Shown one piece after another: positions 18,823 to 28,783 of a stretch of 47,969 nt of DNA (within the stretch, counting starts at the first letter, position 1; every line of letters starts with the position of its first letter). The stretch is from Promethearchaeota archaeon (lineage in GTDB: Archaea > Asgardarchaeota > Lokiarchaeia > Sigyniarchaeales > SOKP01): the NCBI GenBank assembly GCA_011364925.1, contig RDOA01000026.1:1-47969 (forward strand). The letters are read 5' to 3'. The translations under genes were made by a program, and so were the position numbers. Under the pieces are notes generated by a model. It was given only the letters and a program-made list of their open reading frames with translations. It did no database searches and had not been told where the DNA came from.

Positions 18823-19416
18823 TTAGATTTCTTTTTTTAAAAGTAATTTGATGAAATCAGGCAGTGTTATCAAATAACTTTGAGCGTTTGGTAATTGTTC
18901 TTTAACTTTCATGAATAATTGAGAATAGTGTTCTGCTCTATCTTTTTGTTTCAAAACTTCATTTCGAGATTGTTCTCGTATAGGCTCTACAGGTATTCCA
19001 CGCAATACGGATCTAGCAGGAATTGTTAAGCCCGGAGGTACTTGACTGTTTTTTAAGATAATGGATCCTTCTCCGATTGAACACTCTTCATAAATTAGAG
19101 TACCCTCCATAATTTGTACATAGTCTTCCATGAAACACCCAAAAATAGTTACTCCCGTCTCAATAATACAATAGCGTCCAATATTAATTGAACTTTTTTG
19201 GGATCGCGTAAACATCATAACTCCATTAAATATAGTAGTATATTCGCTAATGTTTATTTTAGAGTTTTCAGCGCGGATTATAGAACCGGGCCATATAATT
19301 GCGTTATCATTAACGGTGACATCCCCTATTAAAGTTGCGAGAGGAGATACATAGCAATTACTACTAAGTGTTGGACTTCTTCCATTATATTCAAGCAATA
19401 CCATATATTTTTCCAC
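18823..19416 (-). CDS. Gamma-carbonic-anhydrase-like left-handed beta-helix protein lacking Zn ligands
   Basis: ATLIGDV, IWPGSIIRAE hexapeptide repeats; no His in the beta-helix. Confidence 0.8.
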   Translation of the reverse strand: MEKYMVLLEYNGRSPTLSSNCYVSPLATLIGDVTVNDNAIIWPGSIIRAENSKINISEYTTIFNGVMMFTRSQKSSINIGRYCIIETGVTIFGCFMEDYVQIMEGTLIYEECSIGEGSIILKNSQVPPGLTIPARSVLRGIPVEPIREQSRNEVLKQKDRAEHYSQLFMKVKEQLPNAQSYLITLPDFIKLLLKKEI

Positions 19417-19556
19417 TTTATTTTTTATTTTAAACTAAAAAGATGGTAAAATTTAAACCATTTAAATTTAATTTTCATAATTTCTACTAAGAATTTCTTT
19501 ACATATGAAAGGGATAATTTGATACTGAATAATTTAAAATGAATATTATTCCTGTT

Positions 19557-20381
19557 TTAGACGAAAACTTGAACAGGGTTTTGAGCTTCAAAAAAGTAGA
19601 AATCGTCATGAGGAAATTCTAAGCTAAGGAGATTATGTAACTTTTTCAAAGCAATTGTGTTACAATTATATAAAGACATCCCTATTAAGGTTAAACCGGT
19701 GTCTTTAGAAAAGCTAGCTTTATTACGATCTATGTCACCAGAAATAAAGCAATCGCATCCAAATTTTAAAGCCTTTCTTAAATAATTTAAATCAATTGTT
19801 TCTTTTCCCACAACACAAATTCTATTAACTATAGAGTTTGAATCACCAACAAATACAACATTATCTGTGTTTAAACTCATTTTAATCCTTTTAAGCAAGT
19901 TACTCATAGTTAATGGTTTCTCAGATTGCCCATAAGAATTGGGCACACATATCCTCCCAATTGGAACTTTTTCATTTTTATTATTCTTTACATTTAGGGG
20001 TCTCTCTAATTTTAAATGGAGGGATTCCATTAGTGTATCAGAAATTCCTCCTTCCGCGGCTATAAAAGAAGAATTTAAGACAAATACTAGTATAGGGTAT
20101 TTAGAGAGTAATGTAAGCTTGTTAATTAGGGCTTGATTAAAGTTAGAAATTGGTCCTCTGGTGAGACTGTTTAGAGAAATGATAAGATTAATTTTGTTTT
20201 TTACAGCAAAGTGAATCGATTCTAAATTTAAATCAACTGTGAACATTATCTTTTTTAAGTGTTTTTTATTATTTACTTGACCGTAATATAATCCGTAAAA
20301 ATCTGAATTAAGGCCATAAATTCTCGGAGAGAATTTTTTTTCAATTAACGCTTGTATCTCGTCATAAAGAATAAATATCAA
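19557..20381 (-). CDS. NIF3/DUF34-like protein, degenerate metal site
   Basis: GLYYG...KIMFTVDL, IGRI, GCDCFISGD; HH and terminal H...E motifs absent. Confidence 0.8.
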   Translation of the reverse strand: MIFILYDEIQALIEKKFSPRIYGLNSDFYGLYYGQVNNKKHLKKIMFTVDLNLESIHFAVKNKINLIISLNSLTRGPISNFNQALINKLTLLSKYPILVFVLNSSFIAAEGGISDTLMESLHLKLERPLNVKNNKNEKVPIGRICVPNSYGQSEKPLTMSNLLKRIKMSLNTDNVVFVGDSNSIVNRICVVGKETIDLNYLRKALKFGCDCFISGDIDRNKASFSKDTGLTLIGMSLYNCNTIALKKLHNLLSLEFPHDDFYFFEAQNPVQVFV

Positions 20382-20471
20382 CCCCTATTAAGCATTATTT
20401 GAGATAAAATTTAGCTACAAAAATTAAAAGGCTGTGTAAGTTTATCTAAAAATTATACATCTTATAGTAAG

Positions 20472-20897
20472 GTGAAAATTTCTTTGAAGGATAAGACATG
20501 TATATTTTGTCAAATTGTTGAAAAAAAAATACCCTCTTATATCTTTTTTGAAAGTGATACCAACTTAGCGTTTTTAGATATTTTTCCTGTTTCAAAAGGT
20601 CATACAATAGTAATACCTAAAAATCATTATAAGAACTTAGAAGATATACCTGATGACGAGTTATCAAAATTATTTAAAACAGTTAAACAAATTTCAAATA
20701 AAATATATAGAAAATTAAAAATTCAAGGATACAATATTTTACAAAACAACTTTCAAGCTGCCGGTCAAGTAATTAATCATTTTCATGTTCATATTATCCC
20801 AAGGAGTAGAAATGATGGAAAACTTCAATTGGTAATTCCAGAAGATCAATCAAAAGAAGAAGAACTCAAAAATACACTTAATTTACTAGTAGAATAA
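20472..20897 (+). CDS. HIT family nucleotide hydrolase
   Basis: CIFCQI, AFLDIFP, GHTIVIPK, HFHVHIIPR. Confidence 0.95.
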   Translation: MKISLKDKTCIFCQIVEKKIPSYIFFESDTNLAFLDIFPVSKGHTIVIPKNHYKNLEDIPDDELSKLFKTVKQISNKIYRKLKIQGYNILQNNFQAAGQVINHFHVHIIPRSRNDGKLQLVIPEDQSKEEELKNTLNLLVE

Positions 20898-20969
20898 AAG
20901 AAATCTATTTTTCTGTTTAGTTTATAAGGATATTTTCAGATTGATGCATAAAACCATGTATCATTAATC

Positions 20970-21191
20970 ATGAAAATATTGAATTCCATTAAAAAATGTA
21001 GCAAAAACCTCAAAAAGAAGGTAAAAGAATTCCTGACGGATGAGTTTGGTGGAAATCTTGTTGAATATGCTTTACTAATTGGGCTAGCTCTGTTTATATT
21101 TTTTATAATTGTCGGTGTTATAACCTCCTTGTTAGAATGGCCCATAGACTTAGCAAATAATTTATGGGATGGAATTGGGGCTAATTTTTAA
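20970..21191 (+). CDS. Flp/Fap-type prepilin
   Basis: Basic leader ending FLTDEFG, then GNLVEYALL (E+5, Y+6 Flp motif), hydrophobic helix; mature length about 46 aa. Confidence 0.85.
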   Translation: MKILNSIKKCSKNLKKKVKEFLTDEFGGNLVEYALLIGLALFIFFIIVGVITSLLEWPIDLANNLWDGIGANF

Positions 21192-21250
21192 AAAATAATG
21201 ATCGAAATTTAATTTCGGAAGGAATTCAAAAATTTTAAAATAAATAGGTT

Positions 21251-21625
21251 TTATTTAGAGGACTTTATAACTAAATTTTCGACAATCTTGATATTGTATT
21301 TTTCAGCCCAGATATGAATATTTTCTAAAACATGTTTTTTATCAACTTGTAAAAAATCTATGAATTCATTAAAAGGAATTTTATTAACTCCCTTAAACAA
21401 GTTATTAATTTTACTATTAATAGTTTTTTCATCAGGAGGGAACAATTCCCTTTTTTTCGCTTTCATTTTTTCTATTACATCATCGAACCTACCATAGTCA
21501 AAAAAGTGTTCTACAATTCTACTTATTACTGAGGCAGGTGTGCTCCCAAAAACACCAACTAGTTCTTTAACTTGATTCATACTGATTTTACTTAGAGTAA
21601 CTGTTGTTCGTGTTGTTTCAGACAT
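21251..21625 (-). CDS. Ribbon-helix-helix DNA-binding protein with C-terminal domain
   Basis: TRTTVTL strand, then helix-GSTPASVISRIV. Confidence 0.65.
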   Translation of the reverse strand: MSETTRTTVTLSKISMNQVKELVGVFGSTPASVISRIVEHFFDYGRFDDVIEKMKAKKRELFPPDEKTINSKINNLFKGVNKIPFNEFIDFLQVDKKHVLENIHIWAEKYNIKIVENLVIKSSK

Positions 21626-21847
21626 TTTTCTTATTTAATCAGTTTTGATTCACAAATATTCTAATATTTTTGTCGTTTTTAAGATTATGCTTATTGATGA
21701 TAATAATGCATAAATAAGCATCTTTATATAAAAAATGATACTATCATATAATATACATCTAGGTATTGATTCTTTAGTTAAAATGTCGAAAAATTGTCGA
21801 TAAATATTAAAACTAATACAAAAACATGAAATTAGTTGGAATAAATT

Positions 21848-22102
21848 ATGGCTGATAGAATATTTGTCAAGGATGAAATCAAAACCAAAGAATATTTCAC
21901 TCCAATTCAATACAATCTAATGAAAAAACTGGAAACTCATGGACCAACAACTCGCAGGGAATTAGTTAAGAGTCTTAATAGCCCCCGAACTACAATCTAT
22001 GATAATTTACTTAAATTACAAAAAAGGAAACTTATTGAAAAATTTACTAGAAATAATGGAATGAGAGGTAGACCTCTAGTCTTCTGGAAATTAAAAGAAT
22101 AA
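21848..22102 (+). CDS. Winged-HTH regulator (TrmB-like DNA-binding domain)
   Basis: GPTTRRELVKSLNSPRTTIYDNL..L...RGRP. Confidence 0.85.
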   Translation: MADRIFVKDEIKTKEYFTPIQYNLMKKLETHGPTTRRELVKSLNSPRTTIYDNLLKLQKRKLIEKFTRNNGMRGRPLVFWKLKE

Positions 22103-22165
22103 AATACAAATCTTTCTTTTTAATTTTTTATTCAACAATATTAATATTTTAATAAAATCTCTAAA

Positions 22166-22343
22166 ACTCCAAAATTTCCATTGGAATTTTTAATAAAATA
22201 CCGAAAAAAAAAATTTAATTAATAATAATAAAATAGCGCCCAGTTTAAAATTATTTAAGGATATTTAAATACTGTTATTAATAACATAATTTCATATCAA
22301 AACATGGTTTAAAATACTTAATTTCGAATGGAAGAAATGGGGT
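22166..22343. promoter_or_regulatory. Candidate replication origin: inverted ORB-like pair flanking an AT-rich spacer
   Basis: Minus 22186-22166 TTCCAATGGAA-ATTTT-GGAGT; plus 22323-22343 TTCGAATGGAA-GAAAT-GGGGT. Confidence 0.4.
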
Positions 22344-22394
22344 TATCCATCGGGAGTTAAAAACTAACTTTTTTTAAAAGTTTGCCTTTTTTTA

Positions 22395-24215
22395 TTATTT
22401 AGGAATATAGTAATATTCATTTATACGTTTTTGATAGACATCCTTAGTACTACCAATTTTATTAACGCGAGGACGTTTTGTAAGTTTTTCTCTTCTAAAA
22501 GTAATTCCCATCATTTTTAAAAACAGATTAAAACCATCTCTTAAACTTAAGGGAGCAAGAGCTTTTCCCTCGATACCAGGAGTTCCTTCAAAAACCAAGA
22601 TAGAATCAGCAATAAAATCCTGAGTTATGATATCGTGTTCTACTATAAAGGCTGATTTTTTTAATTCCTCTATGGATTTTCTCAATAATTGAGCTACTGT
22701 TAATCGCATTTCAATATCCAAAAAAGCAGATGGTTCATCTAATAAGTAGATATCAGCTTCCGATGACAAACAATCAGCAATAGCAACCCGCTGAAGTTCT
22801 CCGCCACTTAATTCTGAAATGCGACGTTCCTTAATATTTTCTAATTTAAGACCGTTAATCAAACGCTTTTTATAAGATTGACTTAAATAAGGCGCTAATT
22901 TAATTTTATTGAGAGTACTAGATACTAGGTTTGATTCTGGCATTTGAATATACTGAGGTTTTAACGATACTTTAAGTTTATTGAGAGAAATTTCCTCGTT
23001 GATATTGCTAATATCTCCATCCGCTTTTATATTACTAGCTATTAAATCAATAAAAGTAGATTTCCCAATCCCATTAGGGCCTAAAATACCTAAAATCTCT
23101 CCAGCGTGAACTTCACTGCCTACTACACTAAGATGAAAATCACCTAATGTTTTCTCTAAATTTTCATAGGATAGTATACTAGCACCAATATCAAATAAAG
23201 AATCAATGGGAGGTCTTTCATGGAATTTAACAGGTTCCTCTCTAATTCTAACGTTTTCATCCTTAATGTATCCATTCAGATAAATATTTATCCCAACTCG
23301 TACTCCTTGAGGATGGGAGATAATCCCATAAGCACCTGGAACCCCATAAAATAATGAAATATAGTCACTCATGTAATCTAAAATAGCTAAGTCATGTTCA
23401 ACAACTACAACAGTTTTATTGTTATTTGTTAGAGATCGAATTAGTTTAGCCATGTTAATTCTTTCTCTAACATCCAAGTAAGAGCTTGGTTCGTCGATAA
23501 GATAAATATCAGCATTTTTGAGGTAAGCAGCAGCAATGGCAACCCTTTGAACTTCTCCTCCTGATAAAACAGAAAGACTACGATCTAAAATTTCCTTGAG
23601 GTTTAATTCTCCAACAATTTTATCCAAACGATCGTCTATGTCGTTCTTCTTTAGTAAATCATACACTTTACCTGATACATGCTTAGGGATGAGAGTAATA
23701 TTTTGAGGTTTATGAACAACCTTTAACTTATTGTTAAACAAATCTATAAAATATTGCTGTAATTCTGAACCTTTAAAGAAATTTATTATCACCTCATTGT
23801 CAGGTGTGTCCTCTGCGAACTTTCCAAGATTCATTCTTAATTCACCTGATAATATAGACAACATGGTGCTTTTTCCTATACCATTTTGTCCTATCAAACC
23901 CAAGACTTTACCTTTTTTCGGGATTGCCATTCTGAACAATGAAAATTGATCTGGGCCATAGCGATAAGTAATTTGATTTTTTAATGGATCAGGAAGATTT
24001 ATAATGCTTATTGCATTAAAAGGACACTTTTTTATGCAAATTCCACACCCAGTACACAAGCTTTCTGTAATCTCAACAGATTTTCCATTTGAACTCATTT
24101 GAATTGTTTTATCTCCTGTCCTTACTTTTGGACAATATTTAATACATGGCTTTTCTCCGAATGGGCTGCATTTATCGGGTTTGCAGCGATCTTTATTAAG
24201 GACAGCAATTCTCAA
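22395..24215 (-). CDS. rli: Ribosome recycling ATPase ABCE1/Rli1
   Basis: N-terminal Fe-S Cys motifs (CTGCGICIKKCP); two ABC domains with GxNGIGKST and LSGGE. Confidence 0.97.
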   Translation of the reverse strand: MRIAVLNKDRCKPDKCSPFGEKPCIKYCPKVRTGDKTIQMSSNGKSVEITESLCTGCGICIKKCPFNAISIINLPDPLKNQITYRYGPDQFSLFRMAIPKKGKVLGLIGQNGIGKSTMLSILSGELRMNLGKFAEDTPDNEVIINFFKGSELQQYFIDLFNNKLKVVHKPQNITLIPKHVSGKVYDLLKKNDIDDRLDKIVGELNLKEILDRSLSVLSGGEVQRVAIAAAYLKNADIYLIDEPSSYLDVRERINMAKLIRSLTNNNKTVVVVEHDLAILDYMSDYISLFYGVPGAYGIISHPQGVRVGINIYLNGYIKDENVRIREEPVKFHERPPIDSLFDIGASILSYENLEKTLGDFHLSVVGSEVHAGEILGILGPNGIGKSTFIDLIASNIKADGDISNINEEISLNKLKVSLKPQYIQMPESNLVSSTLNKIKLAPYLSQSYKKRLINGLKLENIKERRISELSGGELQRVAIADCLSSEADIYLLDEPSAFLDIEMRLTVAQLLRKSIEELKKSAFIVEHDIITQDFIADSILVFEGTPGIEGKALAPLSLRDGFNLFLKMMGITFRREKLTKRPRVNKIGSTKDVYQKRINEYYYIPK

Positions 24216-24301
24216 AACTCTTTCACCACTTTTAAAAATGCAAAATCATAAATAATTTTTATCATTTGCTCAGTTAAGGTTTTTTTATTTAGTGATAAAA
24301 T

Positions 24302-26017
24302 ATGTTAAATAAACTATCAGTGCATTGGTTAGAAGATACAATTCATGAAATTTCTAAAAGAAACTTAACCAAAATAACGCTTTCAACTGGGAAAACACCC
24401 TCAGGTCATATTCATATTGGAATTCTAAGGGAAATAATTCTATGTGATGCTATTAGGAGAGTTATTGAAAAGGACGGAATCAAGGTATCTTTTTATCTAT
24501 TTATGGATGACTTTGATGCAGCTAAAAGGTTTCCCGCTTATATTGATAGTGATTATCAAAAAGAATATTTGGGTAAACCCTTTGCTTTAATTCCATGTCC
24601 TTTTGAAGATTGCCAGTGTGAGAGCTATGGTTACCACTTTGGAAACGAATTAATCTCTACATTTAAGCAATTTGGTATTAAAAACGAAATTATATGGTCC
24701 TATGAATTGTATCAGACAAAAGAAATGCAGAAACAAATTAAAATCGCATTAGACAACACAGATGAAATAAAGAAGATTCTAAGGAAATATATCTTACCTA
24801 CTCTAGACGAGGACCGCCAAAAACAATTTACTGATATGCAAAAAACTTGGATACCGGTAATGGTTCTGTGTGAAGAATGTAATAGAATACAAAGTCGAGC
24901 AGAAGACGGTTCCATTCGTCCTAATAGAGCAATAGAATATCTTGAAAAAGAACAAGCTGTAGAATATGAATGTCCTGCTTGCGGTTATAAGGGAAAAGCA
25001 TCAATTTATAGTGGAAAATTAAAACTGAACTGGCGTATCGATTGGCCCGCTAAATGGGCTCTATTTAAGACCACATGTGAACCTGCAGGAAAAGATCATA
25101 GCGTAAAAGGAGGAGCATATGATACCGGATTAGAAATTTGTCAAAAAGTATACAAATATGAAGGACCTATTAAATTACCTTATGAGTGGTTAAGATTAGG
25201 TGATCAAGATATGAAAACTTCAAAAGGGATTGTATTCACTCCAAAAAAATATTTAATATTGGCAGATCCGGAAATATACAGAATGCTAATTTTGAGAACT
25301 AATCCTATGAAACATATTGCATTACGAATCGAGGAAATCCCTCAATATAATGATTACTTTGAAAAAATGGAAAATATTTTTTACGATGTAGAGAAACCCG
25401 AATCTAAAGAGGAATATGATTTTTATAAATATTTATATCCATTAACAAAGATTGAATTAATTCCAGAAGAAAAGCCAATAAGAATCTCATTAAAATTTTT
25501 AACATTCCTTTCTCAAATGCAGAATATTTTGACCTTAGATAAATTACACGAAAAAGCGCTGTCATCTTTAAAAGATAATATGTCTAATAACACAATTTCA
25601 ATTGAAGATTTCAAAATCTTGTTAAAAAGAACAGAAAATTGGATTAATGAAATTAAAAATATAATAAACGAGACACCAGACCCTAAAATAAGAAAAAGTA
25701 TTCAGAACAAAATTGATATTTTTACTATCCTTGAAACGATTGATAAGGATTCTATCAAAAAATTGAGTGAAAACCAAATAGAAGGTCTTAAAATGTTTAG
25801 AAAATTCTTATTAGAAAATGATCAACTTACAGCAGATTTAGTTCAGAATAGAATTTTTTCTATGGCCAAAGAGACACTAAAAATTGCACCAAAAAGAATG
25901 TTTGAAGCCCTTTATCTAGTAATTTTAGGCAAAAAATCAGGACCCCGGTTAGGATCTTTTATAGTAATGTTGGATAAAGATTGGCTTATAGACAGATTAA
26001 ACCAAATAGAAAATTAG
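24302..26017 (+). CDS. lysS: Lysine--tRNA ligase, class I
   Basis: TPSGHIHIG, KLNWRIDWPAKW, EPAGKDH, MKTSKG, GPRLG. Confidence 0.96.
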   Translation: MLNKLSVHWLEDTIHEISKRNLTKITLSTGKTPSGHIHIGILREIILCDAIRRVIEKDGIKVSFYLFMDDFDAAKRFPAYIDSDYQKEYLGKPFALIPCPFEDCQCESYGYHFGNELISTFKQFGIKNEIIWSYELYQTKEMQKQIKIALDNTDEIKKILRKYILPTLDEDRQKQFTDMQKTWIPVMVLCEECNRIQSRAEDGSIRPNRAIEYLEKEQAVEYECPACGYKGKASIYSGKLKLNWRIDWPAKWALFKTTCEPAGKDHSVKGGAYDTGLEICQKVYKYEGPIKLPYEWLRLGDQDMKTSKGIVFTPKKYLILADPEIYRMLILRTNPMKHIALRIEEIPQYNDYFEKMENIFYDVEKPESKEEYDFYKYLYPLTKIELIPEEKPIRISLKFLTFLSQMQNILTLDKLHEKALSSLKDNMSNNTISIEDFKILLKRTENWINEIKNIINETPDPKIRKSIQNKIDIFTILETIDKDSIKKLSENQIEGLKMFRKFLLENDQLTADLVQNRIFSMAKETLKIAPKRMFEALYLVILGKKSGPRLGSFIVMLDKDWLIDRLNQIEN

Positions 26018-26034
26018 AACAATATCTCAACGAA

Positions 26035-26226
26035 TTAGGAAGGGTAACTGATTTCTACTTTCTTTTTCCGTTTAAACCACTTCCTTTTCTTTTTCTCTTG
26101 CAATTTTTTGTAGCAATCAGAGCAATATGTTAAACCTTCCTCAATCATTTGGTTACAGCTTTTACAATGTTTGTGAGGAAAAATATAATCAATAGATTTT
26201 TTTTTATGCCTCTCAAATTTACTCAA
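26035..26226 (-). CDS. DUF2116-like Zn-ribbon protein
   Basis: PHKHCKSC...YCSDC. Confidence 0.7.
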   Translation of the reverse strand: MSKFERHKKKSIDYIFPHKHCKSCNQMIEEGLTYCSDCYKKLQEKKKRKWFKRKKKVEISYPS

Positions 26227-26270
26227 GTTTACTATTCACCTTAAATGTAATTATAAAAATTTTTTGTAAA

Positions 26271-27530
26271 TTATAACTTTTTCACTCCGCCGACTATTTT
26301 TATTCTATAAAATTTAGCGGCTCTCAATTTTACTCTTAACTCTGAAGGATATTCCGGGAAACGCGATAAAAATGTGGATTCATCATTAATTATTTCATTA
26401 AGATTTTGTTCCCAATCACATAAAACAGTTTCAATTTTATCTGGATTTACCAAAGCAAATACCGAACCACCGCCCCCTGCTCCTGTTAATTTAGCAGAGA
26501 AAACATCGGGGTGATCTTCAATCAATTTGATTAAAATGCTATTAGAGAGTCCAATACCATGAGTAAATCCTACATGTTTCATGATACCATCCATAATGTT
26601 TGTGTTTTTTTTAAAGTACTCACCTAGTAACTTCCAATCATGTTTCATTATTGCGAAACGCGATTTCCACGATAAATCTGCGAGTTTTCTATAAGAATTC
26701 AACACAAGTGGATCCTTTAACAAATAACATCGTCTTAGTCTTTCATGTACACCTCCACTATCATGAGATACTCCGGAAAAGCAAACTATGATAGGTAAAC
26801 TTGATATATTGTAAACTAAATCCATTCGATCGTAGACTGCTAAAGGTTCTAAAGAAATGTCTTTATGGTGTAGTTTTCCATAATAAGAACAAAAACTTAA
26901 TCCTCCTCTTGTAATCACATATCGATCTCCATAACCTGCGGTTATTTTCAAATCATAGTCTTCAACTTTTGTAGCCATTTCAGCGATGATATCTCTGTTT
27001 ATAGGAAAGTCACCTTCTTTCAAGCAATTTATATTCTTATATAAATTATAATATTTAGCGAAACAATACAGAATTGCGATAATTATAGCAGCACTACCTC
27101 CTAGTCCACTTTGTGGTGGAATGGTGGTTAATATTCCAAGTTCAAAATTGGAATTTTTAAATTTCTCCCAAAAGAATGAATTTGTTCTAATAAACCTGTA
27201 AACACTCGCATAAAAGAGTTTAAAAGTCCCATTTAATTGTTCGGTTGGGAGTGTGTTATACTTTAAGATTTCTTCCTCATGGTCGACTTTTATAGTGATT
27301 TCACCAAAGTGATCACTGATCGAGTAAGATTTTATGATACTCATACATTTTCTAGGTTTAATATACACAAAAACAGATAAAGGATTTTTTAGGCCGTTAA
27401 TTGCAACGGATGGCATCCAAAAATCCCCCTCTACTGCATCTAATGGATTTATCAAATTAATCCTAGATGGTGCTTGAATAATAATCTCTGGATCTAAATT
27501 GTTAATATATTCTATAATTTCCTTTAACAT
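26271..27530 (-). CDS. GHMP-family sugar kinase, glucuronokinase-like
   Basis: APSRINL, IPPQSGLGGSAA, DSGGVH, KLTGAGGGG. Confidence 0.85.
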   Translation of the reverse strand: MLKEIIEYINNLDPEIIIQAPSRINLINPLDAVEGDFWMPSVAINGLKNPLSVFVYIKPRKCMSIIKSYSISDHFGEITIKVDHEEEILKYNTLPTEQLNGTFKLFYASVYRFIRTNSFFWEKFKNSNFELGILTTIPPQSGLGGSAAIIIAILYCFAKYYNLYKNINCLKEGDFPINRDIIAEMATKVEDYDLKITAGYGDRYVITRGGLSFCSYYGKLHHKDISLEPLAVYDRMDLVYNISSLPIIVCFSGVSHDSGGVHERLRRCYLLKDPLVLNSYRKLADLSWKSRFAIMKHDWKLLGEYFKKNTNIMDGIMKHVGFTHGIGLSNSILIKLIEDHPDVFSAKLTGAGGGGSVFALVNPDKIETVLCDWEQNLNEIINDESTFLSRFPEYPSELRVKLRAAKFYRIKIVGGVKKL

Positions 27531-27646
27531 AAGGAAAATTCACACTAATTATTTTATAATATAAATTAATTGAATTCTTAAAATCACTTTTATCAAGCCA
27601 GCAAATATGATAAGTTTTTATAATTTTTCGATATAAAATTTATGAT

Positions 27647-28783
27647 ATGATACAAAAAGGTAAATTTAGACTATTCTCATTCCTAGTTGAACAGCATTTG
27701 ATATACTACAAAAGCTTAAATAAAAATAACAAGATCGTAGCATTTTCTATTTTTAAAATCAATAAGCTACTTAAAATTATCCCGCTTCTAAATGACTTTT
27801 TGCTTAATCATTTTCTCTACTATTATTCTCTTCAGATAAGTATACCTAACAAAAGAACTAAATCGATTATTTTAGCGTTTGTTGATAATGATAAGTCTAA
27901 AATTGACAAATCTTTTAGTTTAATTTTTCAGAGAATTCTAGAATGTGATGAATCTGTTAAATTTTTGAAAAATCATAAATTAGAGAGACATTTTCTTCAT
28001 ATACTTTCTAATAAAACAAATATAGACCTTAATTCTATGCAAACGAAAGATTCTCTGATATTAAAACATGATGAAAAATTACAAGTTTTAAAGTGTTACG
28101 AAATTGATTGTAGTTATATAAAAAATGAAAAAGTTACCATACACAATTTATTAAAAGCACTAAGCAATTTCAATCAAAAGGGCTTTCTAATTTTCAATAT
28201 TAAAGCTCTTAAAAATGGAGTCCTTGTCTTAAATGCCTATTTTGTTGAGATCAAATCGGAGATAGATAATCATCCTTTCGAAATTGAAAATGAACTAAAC
28301 TTACTGTTTCACTGTGAAATCTTAAATAAGAAGATAATACGGCTAAACCAGCTTTATTGCATATTATGGAGATCAAGTTTTGCTGAAGTTTTTTATAACC
28401 TAGATAAAAACACAGATATATTCTTATCTTTAAGCCAATTTAATTTTCATAATTTTTCTAAATTCAGCGCCCAATTTGAAAAAATTTTAAACCTAAACAT
28501 AGTTGAATATCATCGCTTAAAACCAAATCTTTTTTTTATAGAAGAAAAGGTCTTGTTCTTAATTCTAGAATTTTATGATCCTGTGGAGATTAAAAGGATA
28601 TTGGAAAAATTCTTTTCAAAATATTTCATATTCATTTTGATTTTAAATACGGAGGAATATAATAAGCTGACTAAATCTAACGAAATAAGCTTGATGGATA
28701 ACATAAAAACTCTAAATTCTAGAGAATTCACTATGTTTGATTTAAAAACCTTAAAAAATGGATATATATTAAAAAATTCCTAA
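27647..28783 (+). CDS. Hypothetical protein
   Basis: 378-aa ORF; no clear motif. Confidence 0.6.
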   Translation: MIQKGKFRLFSFLVEQHLIYYKSLNKNNKIVAFSIFKINKLLKIIPLLNDFLLNHFLYYYSLQISIPNKRTKSIILAFVDNDKSKIDKSFSLIFQRILECDESVKFLKNHKLERHFLHILSNKTNIDLNSMQTKDSLILKHDEKLQVLKCYEIDCSYIKNEKVTIHNLLKALSNFNQKGFLIFNIKALKNGVLVLNAYFVEIKSEIDNHPFEIENELNLLFHCEILNKKIIRLNQLYCILWRSSFAEVFYNLDKNTDIFLSLSQFNFHNFSKFSAQFEKILNLNIVEYHRLKPNLFFIEEKVLFLILEFYDPVEIKRILEKFFSKYFIFILILNTEEYNKLTKSNEISLMDNIKTLNSREFTMFDLKTLKNGYILKNS

